A stretch of DNA of 64,000 nucleotides. It comes from an uncultured Coriobacteriaceae bacterium. GTDB lineage: Bacteria; Actinomycetota; Coriobacteriia; Coriobacteriales; Atopobiaceae. This document shows, in pieces, positions 34,601-43,693 of the stretch (positions are counted from its first letter, which is position 1; each line of letters begins with the position of its first letter). Under the pieces are notes generated by a model. That model made no database searches. It worked only from the letters and a program-made list of their open reading frames with translations, and had not been told where the DNA came from. The translations under genes and the position numbers were made by a program. The stretch is from contig UQSV01000001.1 of assembly GCA_900543875.1 (NCBI GenBank), positions 16,662 to 80,661 of the forward strand, given 5' to 3'.

Positions 34601-36090
34601 CGCTCGACGACCTCCTGAGGGCCCTAGGCGAGACTCGGGACGCCGCGGACGAGGCTGGCGAGACGCAGGACGCCGCGACGGCGAACGCCCTTGAGGCCAC
34701 GCCTGACGTACAGGCTGGAGAGCCTGTTGTAGCCGCGGGGAGCTCCGGCGACGGAACCGAGTCCGAAGGCGCTGCTACCGAGGCGGCCCCTGAGGCCCAG
34801 GAAGAGGCCCCTGCCGCGCCCGACGCAAGCAAGCCATCTCCTTCTGCCGAGGAAACCGGCATGGCTCCCATTGCCGAGGCCGAGGTCGAGGCCATCCCCA
34901 ACCACGACGCCCAGGCCGAAGTCACCACCACGGCGTCCTGGCGCGGCGCCCGCAGGCTGATGCGTGTCGTCTCCGACACGCCCGAGACGGATGGCACCAC
35001 GGCCGAGAATGACGCCACGCCCATCCGCGAGCGCTCCCACACCTACCGCTACGTCATCACCGAGAGCGGATCTGCGGCAGGCGTCACGAACGACGCCCAG
35101 TCCACGCGCGTCGTCTACATCAGGGTTACGGATGACGGCCACGGCAAGCTCACGGTCGCCCATGTCGACGCGAACGGCAACGAGCTCTCCGGCCCCGCGT
35201 TCGCCTTCACGAACTCCTATAACGTCAATCCCACCACCTCGAGCGTCACTGATCAGATTAACGTTCACAAGACGCTGGCCGGCCGCGACCTTGCGGCAGG
35301 GGAGTTCACGTTCGAGCTCCTCGAGGACGGCAGTGTCGTCGCCACTGGCACGAATGATGCCTCTGGCAACGTGGCGCTGAGCGGCATCGAGTACGGACGT
35401 CCCGGCGTCCACCACTACACGATCCGCGAGCGCGGTCACGGAACCGTCGAGAGCGGCGTTACGTTCAGCGACGCCTCCTACCACGTGACGACGACCGTCG
35501 TGGATAAGGGCGACGGCACCCTCGGCGTCACGCACGAGCTCAAGGACGCCCGCGAGGCGGAGTTCGTCAACGCCTACGAGGCCAGTCCCACGAAGCTTGC
35601 TCTGACCGCGACCAAGGTTCTCGAGGGAGCGGATCTCAAGGCTGGGCAGTTCACCTTCAAGCTCTCTGGTGGCGGCGTTGAGGTCACCGCGAAGAACGAC
35701 GCGAACGGCCAGGTCAGGTTCGAAGAACTCTCGTTCACCCGAGCCGGTACCTACACGTTCACCATCACCGAGGTGAACGACGGCCAGCAGCACGTCACCT
35801 ATGACGAGACGGCCCGCAAGGTCACCGTCACCGTCACCGATGACGGCAAGGGCAACCTCATCGCAAGCGTCAACCAGGATGAGGCAGGTGCTTGCGTGTT
35901 CCGCAACACGTACACCAAGCCCGTGGAGCCCGCAAAGCCCACGACGCCCATCACGCCCATCACGCCCACGAAGTTCATTCCCCAGACGGGCGACCCCATC
36001 GAGTCCGCGCCCATCATCGTCAGCGCCGTTCTCGGCATTGCGTTCCTCGGCATCGCCCTCGTCGTGAGCAAGAGAGGCAAGCGGGGCTAG
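28651..36090 (+). CDS. Giant (about 2480-aa) sortase-anchored surface adhesin: signal peptide, N-terminal vWA domain, a long array of Ig-like (Cna-B / SpaA-like) modules, a Glu/Ala-rich spacer, IPQTG sorting signal, TM helix and basic tail
   Basis: MIDAS motif DIVLVLDASGSM. Recurring module NDA(S/N)GNV.F..I.F...G.Y.Y.I.E. IPQTG at 35977-35991 followed by a hydrophobic stretch and KRGKRG. Confidence 0.85.
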   Translation: MKRLRLLLLFVALLVLAPTTALAATVGATTLADPSSASTWRDWGLDNSTENVGRIWTDKTVSDGDIELTGAGGTMRIQKGDSDFLTALSAISSTSNLTMTSTTPLDIVLVLDASGSMEDKMSGGGTKIAALKAAANAFVDEIAKANEGIDNPELQHRVSIVKFASDTTDRVGNNFTWDSYNYSQRMIGLTPCTQDGKGAISSQINALDPAGATRADYGMNHAQKALNDARPGAKKVVVFFTDGTPTKHSDFDSNVANSAVSTAKALKDGGATVYTVGIQNGANPSADPTTSGTSKENRFLHAVSSNYPSATAYNKLGARAEDSDFYKTATSAAGLKDVFSGISQDIAKAAGHPTDVVEGAEDTSGYVTFTDQLGDYMKLDSFESIVFAKQVFSNPTVSTSGNVDTYTFHGTAGNVLYPTGNLDSVLIRVERSDDARTGDKVTVSIPASLIPLRHFNVDEDAGTGDVTLTFPIRVFYNSSLKKEAFELLANPDDDMTDYIASHTDSDGKVYFLANEYTGGESGNTTASFTPATGNGYYFITEDTPLYLDAECTQRARGPLSASTTYYYSHSWYELEGGSATRGSSVVSFPGSVVEGITGGITTDESGYLIMRKGSRQLTRINELHTAKGSNPTATASTIIDPRWSGKTINVLLGNNGRISLEQPSTLAISKKVVTPDGFDESYYNNLDFAFDILIPEAAGKTFKAVVKGTDGKVHGDESWDLTLDATGHAEHTLKHGETLYVYGIPSGTAYSVTERALDGFETTPSALREGVTEAGLEAKADFTNTYSATGTLSGRDALLGEKVLDGRDWFASDSFTFILQGLDGAPMPEGSEGDIYRLAVTSPEGTPSGTPVAFNFGDIAYEKPGTYVYQVYEPAEEAGTTGVTTSLSLYTVTVTVTDNHDGTLAVSSKIMRVHDDLGSDVAPEGAAASVASFVNVFDATSQDWTPVAMKKLNDASGALPLQAGMFEFTLTPVGDAPMPGDATEIVGHNNAHGAVVFNAITFTGEDVGKTYQYKITEKTPDGARHGMTYDGTVWIATVTVTHETVDGENIVKVSASYARDGESEKVEEITFENSYKPTSLTETGVIKGEKRLVGRDMLDTDDFKFSMRLVSGPENGVASKMNLDHETNGNVVSFESGEMTFSKPGTYVFEIREIAPAVDGSGITWDRHAAIATVTVVDDNGTLVLDNVSYDNSTSAVDDDKNVTDHAAFTNVYAPTEAARYAGVTVSKVLTGRTMDMGMFSFSITGKDATAESGTTAATADEANALLSDSDKAFSNTQRRASGIAEDMQKLSDVVFGAANANKTYAFDVAEVIPADADKLPGVTYDGRVHELVVSAVDNLDGTMTVTTKIDGQVVDDDNRKILFENTYKAADANFATADLGLTKVLEGVDAWRENDHFTFVLEGVNGAPVPMGDDGAPSTKVTLGPDDVVDGAAQINFGTIVFTRAGQYDYRVSEERGNAGGMSYSDNVAAFRFTVRDNTETGELETTVRLISGDREFVNTYDSSIPADQLVNPHFSKILEGRDWRDGDEFSFTVSPVTDGAPLPVDANGEEVTTVSVNNKSEAADFTFGTIPFTYDMVREGPRTFVYEVRETVSGIPGISDDTHVATVTVRVSDEGNGTMSAVVTNENNVFTNTYRSQLDYTAAGGLSVTKRMSGRALTAGEFGFDVVATGDGDKLGIAGHHTNAEAPAGEEALVVNSSTSATFTQEDVGKTYSYTITEANGGLGGVTYDATRYNVTITTADNPATATLTVTTHVTSTSGADDTYVYVAGSDAAAAAKVAFENSYAATGETTPIVGTKSMTNGLMFDGDFTFRLAYDAGNHEVVSVARNASGQVNFGSLSYDSNKLASLVADGLATRTGNTWTIPYVAYEVTDGLGDRGVTPTAANFRLTVDVTDNGNGKLTCTVNLPDGGLAFLNTYATGDPVSIGLAGTKSLSVPDGLEGADIAGKFTFTVEGEAGAPMPERTNTTNDANGNVDFGSITFTLDDLLRALGETRDAADEAGETQDAATANALEATPDVQAGEPVVAAGSSGDGTESEGAATEAAPEAQEEAPAAPDASKPSPSAEETGMAPIAEAEVEAIPNHDAQAEVTTTASWRGARRLMRVVSDTPETDGTTAENDATPIRERSHTYRYVITESGSAAGVTNDAQSTRVVYIRVTDDGHGKLTVAHVDANGNELSGPAFAFTNSYNVNPTTSSVTDQINVHKTLAGRDLAAGEFTFELLEDGSVVATGTNDASGNVALSGIEYGRPGVHHYTIRERGHGTVESGVTFSDASYHVTTTVVDKGDGTLGVTHELKDAREAEFVNAYEASPTKLALTATKVLEGADLKAGQFTFKLSGGGVEVTAKNDANGQVRFEELSFTRAGTYTFTITEVNDGQQHVTYDETARKVTVTVTDDGKGNLIASVNQDEAGACVFRNTYTKPVEPAKPTTPITPITPTKFIPQTGDPIESAPIIVSAVLGIAFLGIALVVSKRGKRG
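31000..35900 (+). repeat. Tandem array of roughly 90-110-aa Ig-like modules within the adhesin (divergent protein-level repeats)
   Basis: Repeated motifs with (T/V)FT(F/L)...G.Y.Y.I.E spacing, seen in the translation. Confidence 0.5.
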
Positions 36091-36198
36091 CGATTAGGGA
36101 AACCAAGCCGACGGGGGTGCCGGTGAAGGATAAGCCCCCTGCCAAGCGGGGAGTTGCCAATCTCCTCCCTTCTACTCCCGCGAACCCCACTTGGCAAT

Positions 36199-36240
36199 TT
36201 GGGAGCCGAGGTCCTCGTGGCCTCGGCTCCTTCCTTTTGG
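36199..36240 (+). terminator. Terminator after the adhesin gene
   Basis: GAGCCGAGGTCCTCGTGGCCTCGGCTC followed by CTTCCTTTTGG. Confidence 0.7.
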
Positions 36241-36424
36241 CGCGCCCGGACAACGGGCATCACGCCCGGCGGTGCCGTCCGAGCCCGCTGCTGTCCGGCT
36301 TCCGGCTCCGCACGCACGCTTCGGGCCTTGGTTCCCCTGTGTTTGCGGCGCGAGACGGTCAACGACAGGTGAGGATGCGTTACCATCTCTTCGATATCAC
36401 GGCGAAAGTGGAGGGCGAACTCAT

Positions 36425-36875
36425 GGCGGACAATCACGGCAACGGCGGCGTTTCCGCTCAGACCGACGAGCTCGGCAGCACCCTTATGGGCGAGGCTCTC
36501 GACCGCCTCGCCGCGGGCGATGACTTCTCCGTCGTAGCCACCGCCGCGGACTCCCAGGGTCAGCGTATGACCTGCGAGTTCGATGATGATTCTGCCGAGC
36601 AGTGCCTCGAGGCCGCTCACACGTGGGTGCGCAACGGCGCTCGCGACGAGAACAATGCTTGCGTCATCGGCAAGCCTGCCTGCTACGCCATCGCCTACCT
36701 CGGCGCAGTCGCCGACGATGACGACGTCTTCCGAGATGCGCTCATCCTCGAGTTTGGCGATCGTGGGGCCGAGTGCGGCTACTCTGCCTTCTCGCTTGTC
36801 GAGGGGATTGGCGCCGGTGATAACCTTGCCTGGAGCGATCCCGCACCCGCCGGGGAGACCCCTAGCCTCCTGTAG
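36425..36875 (+). CDS. Hypothetical small acidic protein
   Basis: GC3-rich frame. RBS GGAGGG sits 7 nt before the ATG at 36425. No recognisable domain. Confidence 0.35.
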
Positions 36876-37110
36876 GGCACGGCGGCGTTCTTCGCCGCCG
36901 CCTCACCGCAAACTCAGAGCACCCGCTCCAGCGTCACTGGAGCCTGCCAAGCCGGGGAAGAACGGTCTCAACCGTGATACCTCGATGGATGCGCTTGTGA
37001 GGAAAGCAGCCTACCGTCTACCGCGCTAAACTAAGCCATTAGCCGAGAACTCGGCCCAAACATGCCATATTGCGCGTAATCCCACGCGCCGCACGAGATT
37101 GAGGATAAAC

Positions 37111-38949
37111 ATGCGCCAGGAGAACCTACGCAACATCGCCATCATCGCCCACGTCGACCATGGCAAGACGACGCTCGTGGACAAGCTCCTGCGCGCCACC
37201 GATGCCTTCCGTGCCAACCAGCAGGTCGAGGAGCGCGTGCTCGACTCCAACGACCAGGAGCGCGAGCGCGGCATCACCATTCTGGCCAAGAACATCTCCA
37301 TCGAGTACAAGGACGTCAAGATCAACGTCATCGATACCCCGGGCCACGCCGACTTTGGCGGCGAGGTCGAGCGCGTGCTCAAGATGGCCGACGGCGCCCT
37401 GCTGCTCGTCGACGCCTTCGAGGGTCCCATGCCCCAGACGCGCTTCGTGCTGCGCCACGCCATCGACGCCGGCCTGTCGATCATGATCGTCGTCAACAAG
37501 ATCGACCGTCCGGGTGCCAACCCCGACAAGGCCTACAACGACTGCCTCGACCTCATGGCCGACCTCGGCGCCACCGACGAGCAGCTCGAGTTCGCCATGG
37601 AGCATGTCGTCTACGCCAGCGCCATGAACGGCTTTGCCCGTCTTGACCCCAACGACGACAACGACAACATGTACCCGCTGCTCGACATGATCGTCGAGGA
37701 CATGCCCGCGCCCGAGGTCGACCCCGACGGCCCGCTGGCCATGCAGTGCGTCACAATTGACCACTCCGAGTACGTGGGCCGTATCGGCATCGGCCGCATC
37801 TACTCTGGCACCATCCATGACGGCGACAAGATTCTCGTCGTGAAGAACGACGGCAGCCGCGCCAACGCCACCGTCAAGCAGCTCTTCACCTTTGACTACC
37901 TGGGCCGCAAGGAGTGCAACGAGGTTGGCGCCGGCGACATCGCCGCCGTCGTGGGCATCGACCGCACCGACATCGGCGACGTCTACACCGACCCCGAGAA
38001 CCCCGTCGAGCTCGAGCCCATCGAGATCGACCCGCCGACCCTGGCCATCGTCTTCGAGGCCAGCACGAGCCCGCTCGTGGGCCGCGAGGGCGACATCGTG
38101 GGCGCCCGTCAGCTCAAGGAGCGCCTCATGACCGAGGCCGAGAACAACGTCACGATGCGCATCGAGGAGCTCCCTGACAAGACGGGCGTCGAGGTCGCCG
38201 GCCGCGGCATCCTGCACCTGTCCGTCCTCATGGAGTCCATGCGCCGCGAGGGCTTCGAGTTCCAGGTGGGCCGTCCCCGCGTCCTCATCAAGAAGGACGA
38301 GAACGGCAACCGCATCGAGCCGATCGAGCAGGCCGTCGTCGAGTGCCCGCCCGAGTACTCCGGCAAGGTCATCGAGGTCTTTGGCAACGCCTCCGGCACC
38401 ATGACGAGCATGGAGCAGGGCGAGACGATCTGCCACATCGAGTTCCGCATCCCCACCCGCGGCATCATGGGCCTCAAGAACCGCATCCTCAACGTCACCC
38501 ACGGCGAGGGCGTCTTCTACCACACGTTCCTCGAGTACGGTCCGTTCGTGGGCGACCTTGGCACTCGCAACAACGGCGCCATGATTTCGATGACCACCGA
38601 GAAGGCCGTCGCCTACGCCCTGGGCACCCTGCAGGAGCGCGGCCAGCTCTTCGTGGGCCCCGGCGACGAGTGCTACGAGGGCATGCTCGTGGGCGAGCGC
38701 TCCAAGCCCGGCGACATGGTCGTCAACATCGCCCGCTCCAAGCAGCTCGGCAACCAGCGCAGCTCCACGGCCGACATCGCCGTTCAGCTCACCCCGCCGC
38801 GCACCTTCACGCTCGAGGAGGCACTCGAGTACATCATGGACGACGAGCTCGTCGAGGTTACGCCCAAGAGCGTCCGCATGCGCAAGCGCATCCTCAACGC
38901 CATCGAGCGCAAGAAGGCCAACGTCCGCAACGGCCTAGTCAACAAGTAG
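37111..38949 (+). CDS. typA: Translational GTPase TypA/BipA
   Basis: G1 motif [12 protein letters not shown]-like domain organisation. Confidence 0.9.
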   Translation: MRQENLRNIAIIAHVDHGKTTLVDKLLRATDAFRANQQVEERVLDSNDQERERGITILAKNISIEYKDVKINVIDTPGHADFGGEVERVLKMADGALLLVDAFEGPMPQTRFVLRHAIDAGLSIMIVVNKIDRPGANPDKAYNDCLDLMADLGATDEQLEFAMEHVVYASAMNGFARLDPNDDNDNMYPLLDMIVEDMPAPEVDPDGPLAMQCVTIDHSEYVGRIGIGRIYSGTIHDGDKILVVKNDGSRANATVKQLFTFDYLGRKECNEVGAGDIAAVVGIDRTDIGDVYTDPENPVELEPIEIDPPTLAIVFEASTSPLVGREGDIVGARQLKERLMTEAENNVTMRIEELPDKTGVEVAGRGILHLSVLMESMRREGFEFQVGRPRVLIKKDENGNRIEPIEQAVVECPPEYSGKVIEVFGNASGTMTSMEQGETICHIEFRIPTRGIMGLKNRILNVTHGEGVFYHTFLEYGPFVGDLGTRNNGAMISMTTEKAVAYALGTLQERGQLFVGPGDECYEGMLVGERSKPGDMVVNIARSKQLGNQRSSTADIAVQLTPPRTFTLEEALEYIMDDELVEVTPKSVRMRKRILNAIERKKANVRNGLVNK

Positions 38950-39018
38950 GTTGTCCGTCGGATGACATCGCAAGCAACAGGGCCCGTCACCTAGGTGGCG
39001 GACCCTTTCTTGTGCGTG

Positions 39019-39762
39019 TCATGGTCTGCGTAACTGGTTGGTCCTCCGCGAGTGCTCTTGGGCGCGCTCGGCCACGCGGCGCATGGGGGCGAGCAGCTCG
39101 TTGGTGTAGTCGTGGCTGGGGGAGGAGACGAGCCCAAAGCGCAGGCTGAGGCGGCGCAGCGCCACCGTCACGAGCGTGCAGACGATGGCAACCCAGGGGT
39201 TCATGACGTGGAAGTAGCGATACAACACGAGGTAGACGAGTGAGCCACCAAGCGCGCTCACGGCATAGTAGTTCGTTGACGGCTGAAAGATCTTGGGCAC
39301 GTCTCCCAAAAAGACGTCGCGCAGCATGCCGCCGCCCACGCCCGTGATGACGCCCATGAGCACGGCCTGCACACCGCCAAGCCCATACATGAGTGCCTTG
39401 TTGACGCCTGCGGCGCAAAAGAGACCAACCGAGAGGATGTCCGCCCACTCGATGGCGTTGGGGACGCGCCGCAGCGCGGTGGGAAAGTGAAAGACGATGG
39501 CGCCCGCCACCACGCACAGCACGATGGCCGCGGTGGAGTTGAGCATGTAGACGTCGCCCTCCTGCATGATGACGTCGCGGATGAGACCGCCACCCAGGCC
39601 GCAGATGAGCGATAGGGCCACGCAGCCCGTGAGGTCGAGCTGTCGCTCGATGGCAACGAGCGAGCCCGAGAGCGAGCCCACCACCACGGCCGCGAGCTCG
39701 AGCCATGCGGGCAACATGAGCACATGGGTTCCCTGGGCAAACAGTGAGATCGCATCTGGCAC
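39019..39762 (-). CDS. TRIC-family cation channel (UPF0126 membrane protein)
   Basis: Two GGG..RD glycine-rich motifs (GLGGGLIRDV, GVGGGMLRDV) and seven TM helices. The start may be the internal ATG at 39717. Confidence 0.65.
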   Translation of the reverse strand: MPDAISLFAQGTHVLMLPAWLELAAVVVGSLSGSLVAIERQLDLTGCVALSLICGLGGGLIRDVIMQEGDVYMLNSTAAIVLCVVAGAIVFHFPTALRRVPNAIEWADILSVGLFCAAGVNKALMYGLGGVQAVLMGVITGVGGGMLRDVFLGDVPKIFQPSTNYYAVSALGGSLVYLVLYRYFHVMNPWVAIVCTLVTVALRRLSLRFGLVSSPSHDYTNELLAPMRRVAERAQEHSRRTNQLRRP

Positions 39763-39910
39763 GGTGACTCCTCCCCAACTCTCGTGCTTGCATTATGGTC
39801 CCGCGCGGCTTCGCGGACCCTCTCAATGGGCCCTTGGGGCGAGAAAAGATTTCTCAAATTCCTCTCGCATGGTGCAATTCTTTTTGCTACCATAGTCAAC
39901 GCACGTTTTT

Positions 39911-40001
39911 GGAGAGTTGGCCGAGTGGTCGAAGGCGCACGATTGGAAATCGTGTAGGCGTCTCAAGCGTCTCCGGGGTTCAAATCCCCGACTCTCCGCC
40001 A
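39911..40001 (+). tRNA. tRNA-Ser (GGA), class II with a long variable arm
   Basis: Anticodon stem-loop CACGA-TTGGAAA-TCGTG. T-arm GGGGTTCAAATCCCC. CCA end. Confidence 0.85.
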
Positions 40002-40043
40002 GAGTCTTCCGCGGCGCCCAAGCGGCGCCGCTTCCATATTCTC

Positions 40044-40138
<95 letters not shown>

Positions 40139-40142
40139 CATG

Positions 40143-40182
40143 CAGGGCCCGGCTCGCAAGAGTCGGGCCCTTTTTCTTACCT
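40143..40182 (+). terminator. Terminator after the tRNA-Ser pair
   Basis: GGGCCCGGCTCGCAAGAGTCGGGCCC followed by TTTTTCTT. Confidence 0.75.
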
Positions 40183-40266
40183 CTCGGTTAGGGTGAACGG
40201 CGGACCCCTGCACACAAGGTCATATACACTCAAGGGGTACGTGTAGTTTGGCGCATGGAGGTTTCC

Positions 40267-41412
40267 ATGGAAGACAAGAAGTACTTCTCGCGCTCCTGGG
40301 CGCTCATGACCAAGGAGAAGGGCTGGATCAAGCCCATCCTGCTCATGGCCCTTGCGTGCTTCGTGCCCATCGCGGGCGCACTTGGCGTTCTGGGCTATGC
40401 CTGCGAGTGGGCGAGGCTCTCTGCCTGGGGCGTTGACTCTTCGCCCAAGCAGAAGGGCGTCAAGGTTGGCGCCTGCATCGCAAGCGGCTGGCGAGCGTTC
40501 GTCGTCATTCTCGCATGGTCGCTCGTCGTGGGCATCCTTGGCGGTATCGTGAACGCCATCCTGTCATTTCTCCTGCGCGGCCTGGGTTCGACCCTCGTCA
40601 CCATCGCCGAGTTCGTGCTTGCGGCCCCCATCATGGTGGCTGCGCTCCATGCCTGCGTGTACGAGAAGATTGGCGCCGGCTTCAAGGTAAGCCGCTTCGT
40701 CGAGATGATCAAGCGCGATCCCTCGGGCCTGTTCAAGACGCTGCTCATCCCCCTTGCCGAGTGGGGCATCGTTGCCGCCGCGTCGACGCTTGTGTTCTCC
40801 GTGATGATTGGCTTTGCCCTGCCCGACATCATGCGCCTTGTCTATGAGGCCCAGTACTACGGCGACTCGTACACCATGGCCTTGATCATCGCCTCCATCC
40901 TGCGCGGCGTGCTGCCCGGCACCATTCTCTTCCTCTACGCCACGCTCGTGGTCAGTAGCGCCGCTAGTCTGCTGTTCGTCAACAGCATTGGCCTGTGGAT
41001 GAGCCAGTTCGACGTGCGCTCGTGGGGCGGCCCCGACGAGCCGCTGCCGGCGCAGGTCAACACGCTGCCCCCGGCGCCCGTGACCCCGGTTGAGCCCGCC
41101 CCCGCGCCCGAACCTGCCGTGGCTCCCGCGCCTGCCCCCGCCCCCGAGTCTGTCCCGGAGCCCGTTTCGGTTCCCGAGCCGCCCGCTGAGCCCGCTCCCG
41201 CCGAGGCGTCCGCTCCCGCTGCGACGCCTGAGCCTGCTCCCGCGTCTGAGGCTGCAGCCGCCCCCGCGTCCACGCCGCAAGAGGAGGCTTCCAAGCCCGT
41301 GAGCGTTCCCGCTCCCGACAGCGAAGAGGCCGAGCAGCTCCAGAACGACAAGGGCGAGACGATCGTTCCGCTCGTGAAGCTTCCCCGCGACAACGAGGAA
41401 GACCAGCAGTAG
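40267..41412 (+). CDS. Hypothetical polytopic membrane protein with a Pro/Ala/Glu-rich C-terminal tail
   Basis: Six or more TM segments. Tail PAPVTPVEPAPAPEPAVAPAPAPAPESVPEP... Confidence 0.5.
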   Translation: MEDKKYFSRSWALMTKEKGWIKPILLMALACFVPIAGALGVLGYACEWARLSAWGVDSSPKQKGVKVGACIASGWRAFVVILAWSLVVGILGGIVNAILSFLLRGLGSTLVTIAEFVLAAPIMVAALHACVYEKIGAGFKVSRFVEMIKRDPSGLFKTLLIPLAEWGIVAAASTLVFSVMIGFALPDIMRLVYEAQYYGDSYTMALIIASILRGVLPGTILFLYATLVVSSAASLLFVNSIGLWMSQFDVRSWGGPDEPLPAQVNTLPPAPVTPVEPAPAPEPAVAPAPAPAPESVPEPVSVPEPPAEPAPAEASAPAATPEPAPASEAAAAPASTPQEEASKPVSVPAPDSEEAEQLQNDKGETIVPLVKLPRDNEEDQQ

Positions 41413-41804
41413 GGAAGCATCAAAACAAGTTTGTGAAGGACGGGTGTTCGTGCAGAGGCTGCGCGGGCACCCGTTTGTCATGAGCGGCGCGTCTGCGGCC
41501 GCGAGCGGCGAGTTTTTAACCACGGCACGAGGACATCCAAAACGGACAAGTCTCTGAGCTGCGGTGTCAGGTTTGTGACAGCCGGACAACCCAAATCTGT
41601 CAGATTCGACTGCTAGCCTGGAGCAAGGAAGGGGCGGCTTGGAGGTGCCCATACATGTGTTGGCTCTGTGCAGGTTGAGAGATGGAGAAACAAACAAGGC
41701 TCCCAACCAGCGCCTAGACCGTGGTATGATTCACCACCGAACCTTTCCTGTCTCGGGCGCAAACCTTCACGACCCGAGGCCACATGCCCAGAGGAGGTGA
41801 CCAC

Positions 41805-42098
41805 ATGAAGGCTTATGAACTGCTGTTTTTTGTCGACCCGACGATCACCGATGAGGCTCGCGCTGGCGTTATGAAGCGCATCGAAGTTGCCATCACCGAG
41901 AACGGCGGCCAGGTCGACAACGTCGACAACTGGGGCAAGCGCAAGCTCGCTTACGAGATCGACAAGCTCACGGAGGGTGACTACACCCTCGTCAACTTCC
42001 AGGCTGACCCCACGCAGATCGCCGAGCTCGATCGCGTTCTCCGCATCAACGATGCTGTGAAGCGCCACATGATCGTGCGTCGTCCGGATCACGAGTAA
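41805..42098 (+). CDS. rpsF: 30S ribosomal protein S6
   Basis: MKAYELLFFVDP... RBS AGAGGAGGTGA. Confidence 0.9.
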   Translation: MKAYELLFFVDPTITDEARAGVMKRIEVAITENGGQVDNVDNWGKRKLAYEIDKLTEGDYTLVNFQADPTQIAELDRVLRINDAVKRHMIVRRPDHE

Positions 42099-42182
42099 GA
42101 CAGTCATGGAAGCGAGCCCACAAGGCTCGCGTGTGCGAGACGAGAAGCGACTCGCTCAAGTCTTGCGCGCGTATGAAAGGTA

Positions 42183-42683
42183 GTGAGTATCGTGAGCATC
42201 AACCGAGTGAACATCACGGGCAACCTGACCAGGGATCCCGAGCTGAGGGCCACGCAGAGCGGCACGCAGGTGCTGCACCTGGGCGTGGCGGTCAATGACC
42301 GTCGCCGCAACCCGCAGACGGGCAACTGGGAGGATTACCCCAACTTCATCGACTGCGTGATGTTCGGCACCCGTGCCGAGGCGATTCAGCGCTATCTTTC
42401 CAAGGGAACCAAGGTCGCCATCGAGGGTCGCCTGCGCTACAGCTCCTGGGAGCGCGATGGCCAGAAGCGATCCAAGATCGAGGTTGTCGTCGACGAGATC
42501 GAGTTCATGAGCTCTCGTCAGGGAGGCGGCAACTCCAACGGTGGTGGCTACGCTCAGCAGCAGGGTGGCTATGCCGCCCCTGCCCAGCAGGCTCCCTACC
42601 AGCAGGCCGCTCCGGCGCCTGCGCCCGTCCCCGTTGCCGCTCCGCCCGCGGCGGACGTCTACGACGAGGACATCCCGTTCTAG
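42183..42683 (+). CDS. ssb: Single-stranded DNA-binding protein
   Basis: OB-fold N-terminus. Gly/Gln-rich tail ending DEDIPF. GTG start. Confidence 0.9.
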   Translation: MSIVSINRVNITGNLTRDPELRATQSGTQVLHLGVAVNDRRRNPQTGNWEDYPNFIDCVMFGTRAEAIQRYLSKGTKVAIEGRLRYSSWERDGQKRSKIEVVVDEIEFMSSRQGGGNSNGGGYAQQQGGYAAPAQQAPYQQAAPAPAPVPVAAPPAADVYDEDIPF

Positions 42684-42805
42684 GCCACCTACGTCTGGAG
42701 CATTCCAGATCACGGTGGCTGGCCTGCCCGCCTGCGGGCAGTGTCTCCGAGAGAACCGGCGTCCGGCCGAAAGCCGGCCGCACGCCAACAGAAAGGTATT
42801 GAGAC

Positions 42806-43072
42806 ATGGCTACTGAGTACCAGCGTCAGCCGCGTCGCAAGTTCTGCCAGTTCTGCAAGGAGGACACTGAGTTCATCGACTACAAGGATACTCAGCTCCT
42901 TCGCAAGTACATGACCGACCGTGGCAAGATCAAGCCCCGTCGCGTCACTGGCGCCTGCACGCAGCACCAGCACGACATCGCCAACGCCATTAAGCGCGCC
43001 CGTGAGATGGCCCTTCTGCCGTACACCGTTCCCGTGGTGTCCAGCCGTGGTGGCCGTCGCGACCGCAGCTAA
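42806..43072 (+). CDS. rpsR: 30S ribosomal protein S18
   Basis: KFCQFCKE...IDYKD motif. Confidence 0.9.
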   Translation: MATEYQRQPRRKFCQFCKEDTEFIDYKDTQLLRKYMTDRGKIKPRRVTGACTQHQHDIANAIKRAREMALLPYTVPVVSSRGGRRDRS

Positions 43073-43085
43073 GTAAGGAGTGTCC

Positions 43086-43616
43086 ATGAAAGTCATCCTT
43101 CTGGGTGAGCTGAAGGGCAAGGGCGGAGAGGGCGACGTCGTCGAGGTCGCCCAGGGGTTCGCTGAGAACTACCTGTTCCCCAACCGCATGGCCCTGCCTG
43201 CCACCAAGGGCAACATCAAGCAGCTCGAGGAGCGTCGTCACAACATCGAGAAGCGCGAGGTCAAGCGCATCGCCGATGCCGAGGCTCTGAAGGAAGTCAT
43301 CGATGGCAAGACCGTCCTCATCGACGCCAAGGTCGGCGAGGAGGGCCAGCTCTTCGGCTCCGTGACCAACACCATGGTCGCCGACGCCATCAAGAACGAG
43401 CTGGGCGTCGAGGTCGAGCGCAAGCGCATCGAGCTCAACCGCGCCATCAAGACCTCCGGTCTGCACACCGTCAAGGTGAGCCTGTACCGTGAGATCGCCG
43501 CCGAGCTTCACCTCCAGGTCGGCAAGCCGGCCGTCGAGGAGGTCGTCGAGGAGGCTCCCGAGGCCGAGGCCGTCGAGGCTGAGGCTGCCGAGGAGACCAC
43601 CGAGGCCGCCGAGTAG
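43086..43616 (+). CDS. rplI: 50S ribosomal protein L9
   Basis: MKVILLGELKGKGGEGDVVEV. RBS TAAGGAG. Confidence 0.9.
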   Translation: MKVILLGELKGKGGEGDVVEVAQGFAENYLFPNRMALPATKGNIKQLEERRHNIEKREVKRIADAEALKEVIDGKTVLIDAKVGEEGQLFGSVTNTMVADAIKNELGVEVERKRIELNRAIKTSGLHTVKVSLYREIAAELHLQVGKPAVEEVVEEAPEAEAVEAEAAEETTEAAE

Positions 43617-43652
43617 GCTCGTCTGCTCACTTGCAGCGCAAAGCTTTGCTTA

Positions 43653-43693
43653 TGCGAGGACCCGCAGCCATTTGGCCGCGGGTCCTTTTTTCA
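43653..43693 (+). terminator. Terminator after rplI
   Basis: GAGGACCCGCAGCCATTTGGCCGCGGGTCCT followed by TTTTTT. Confidence 0.8.
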
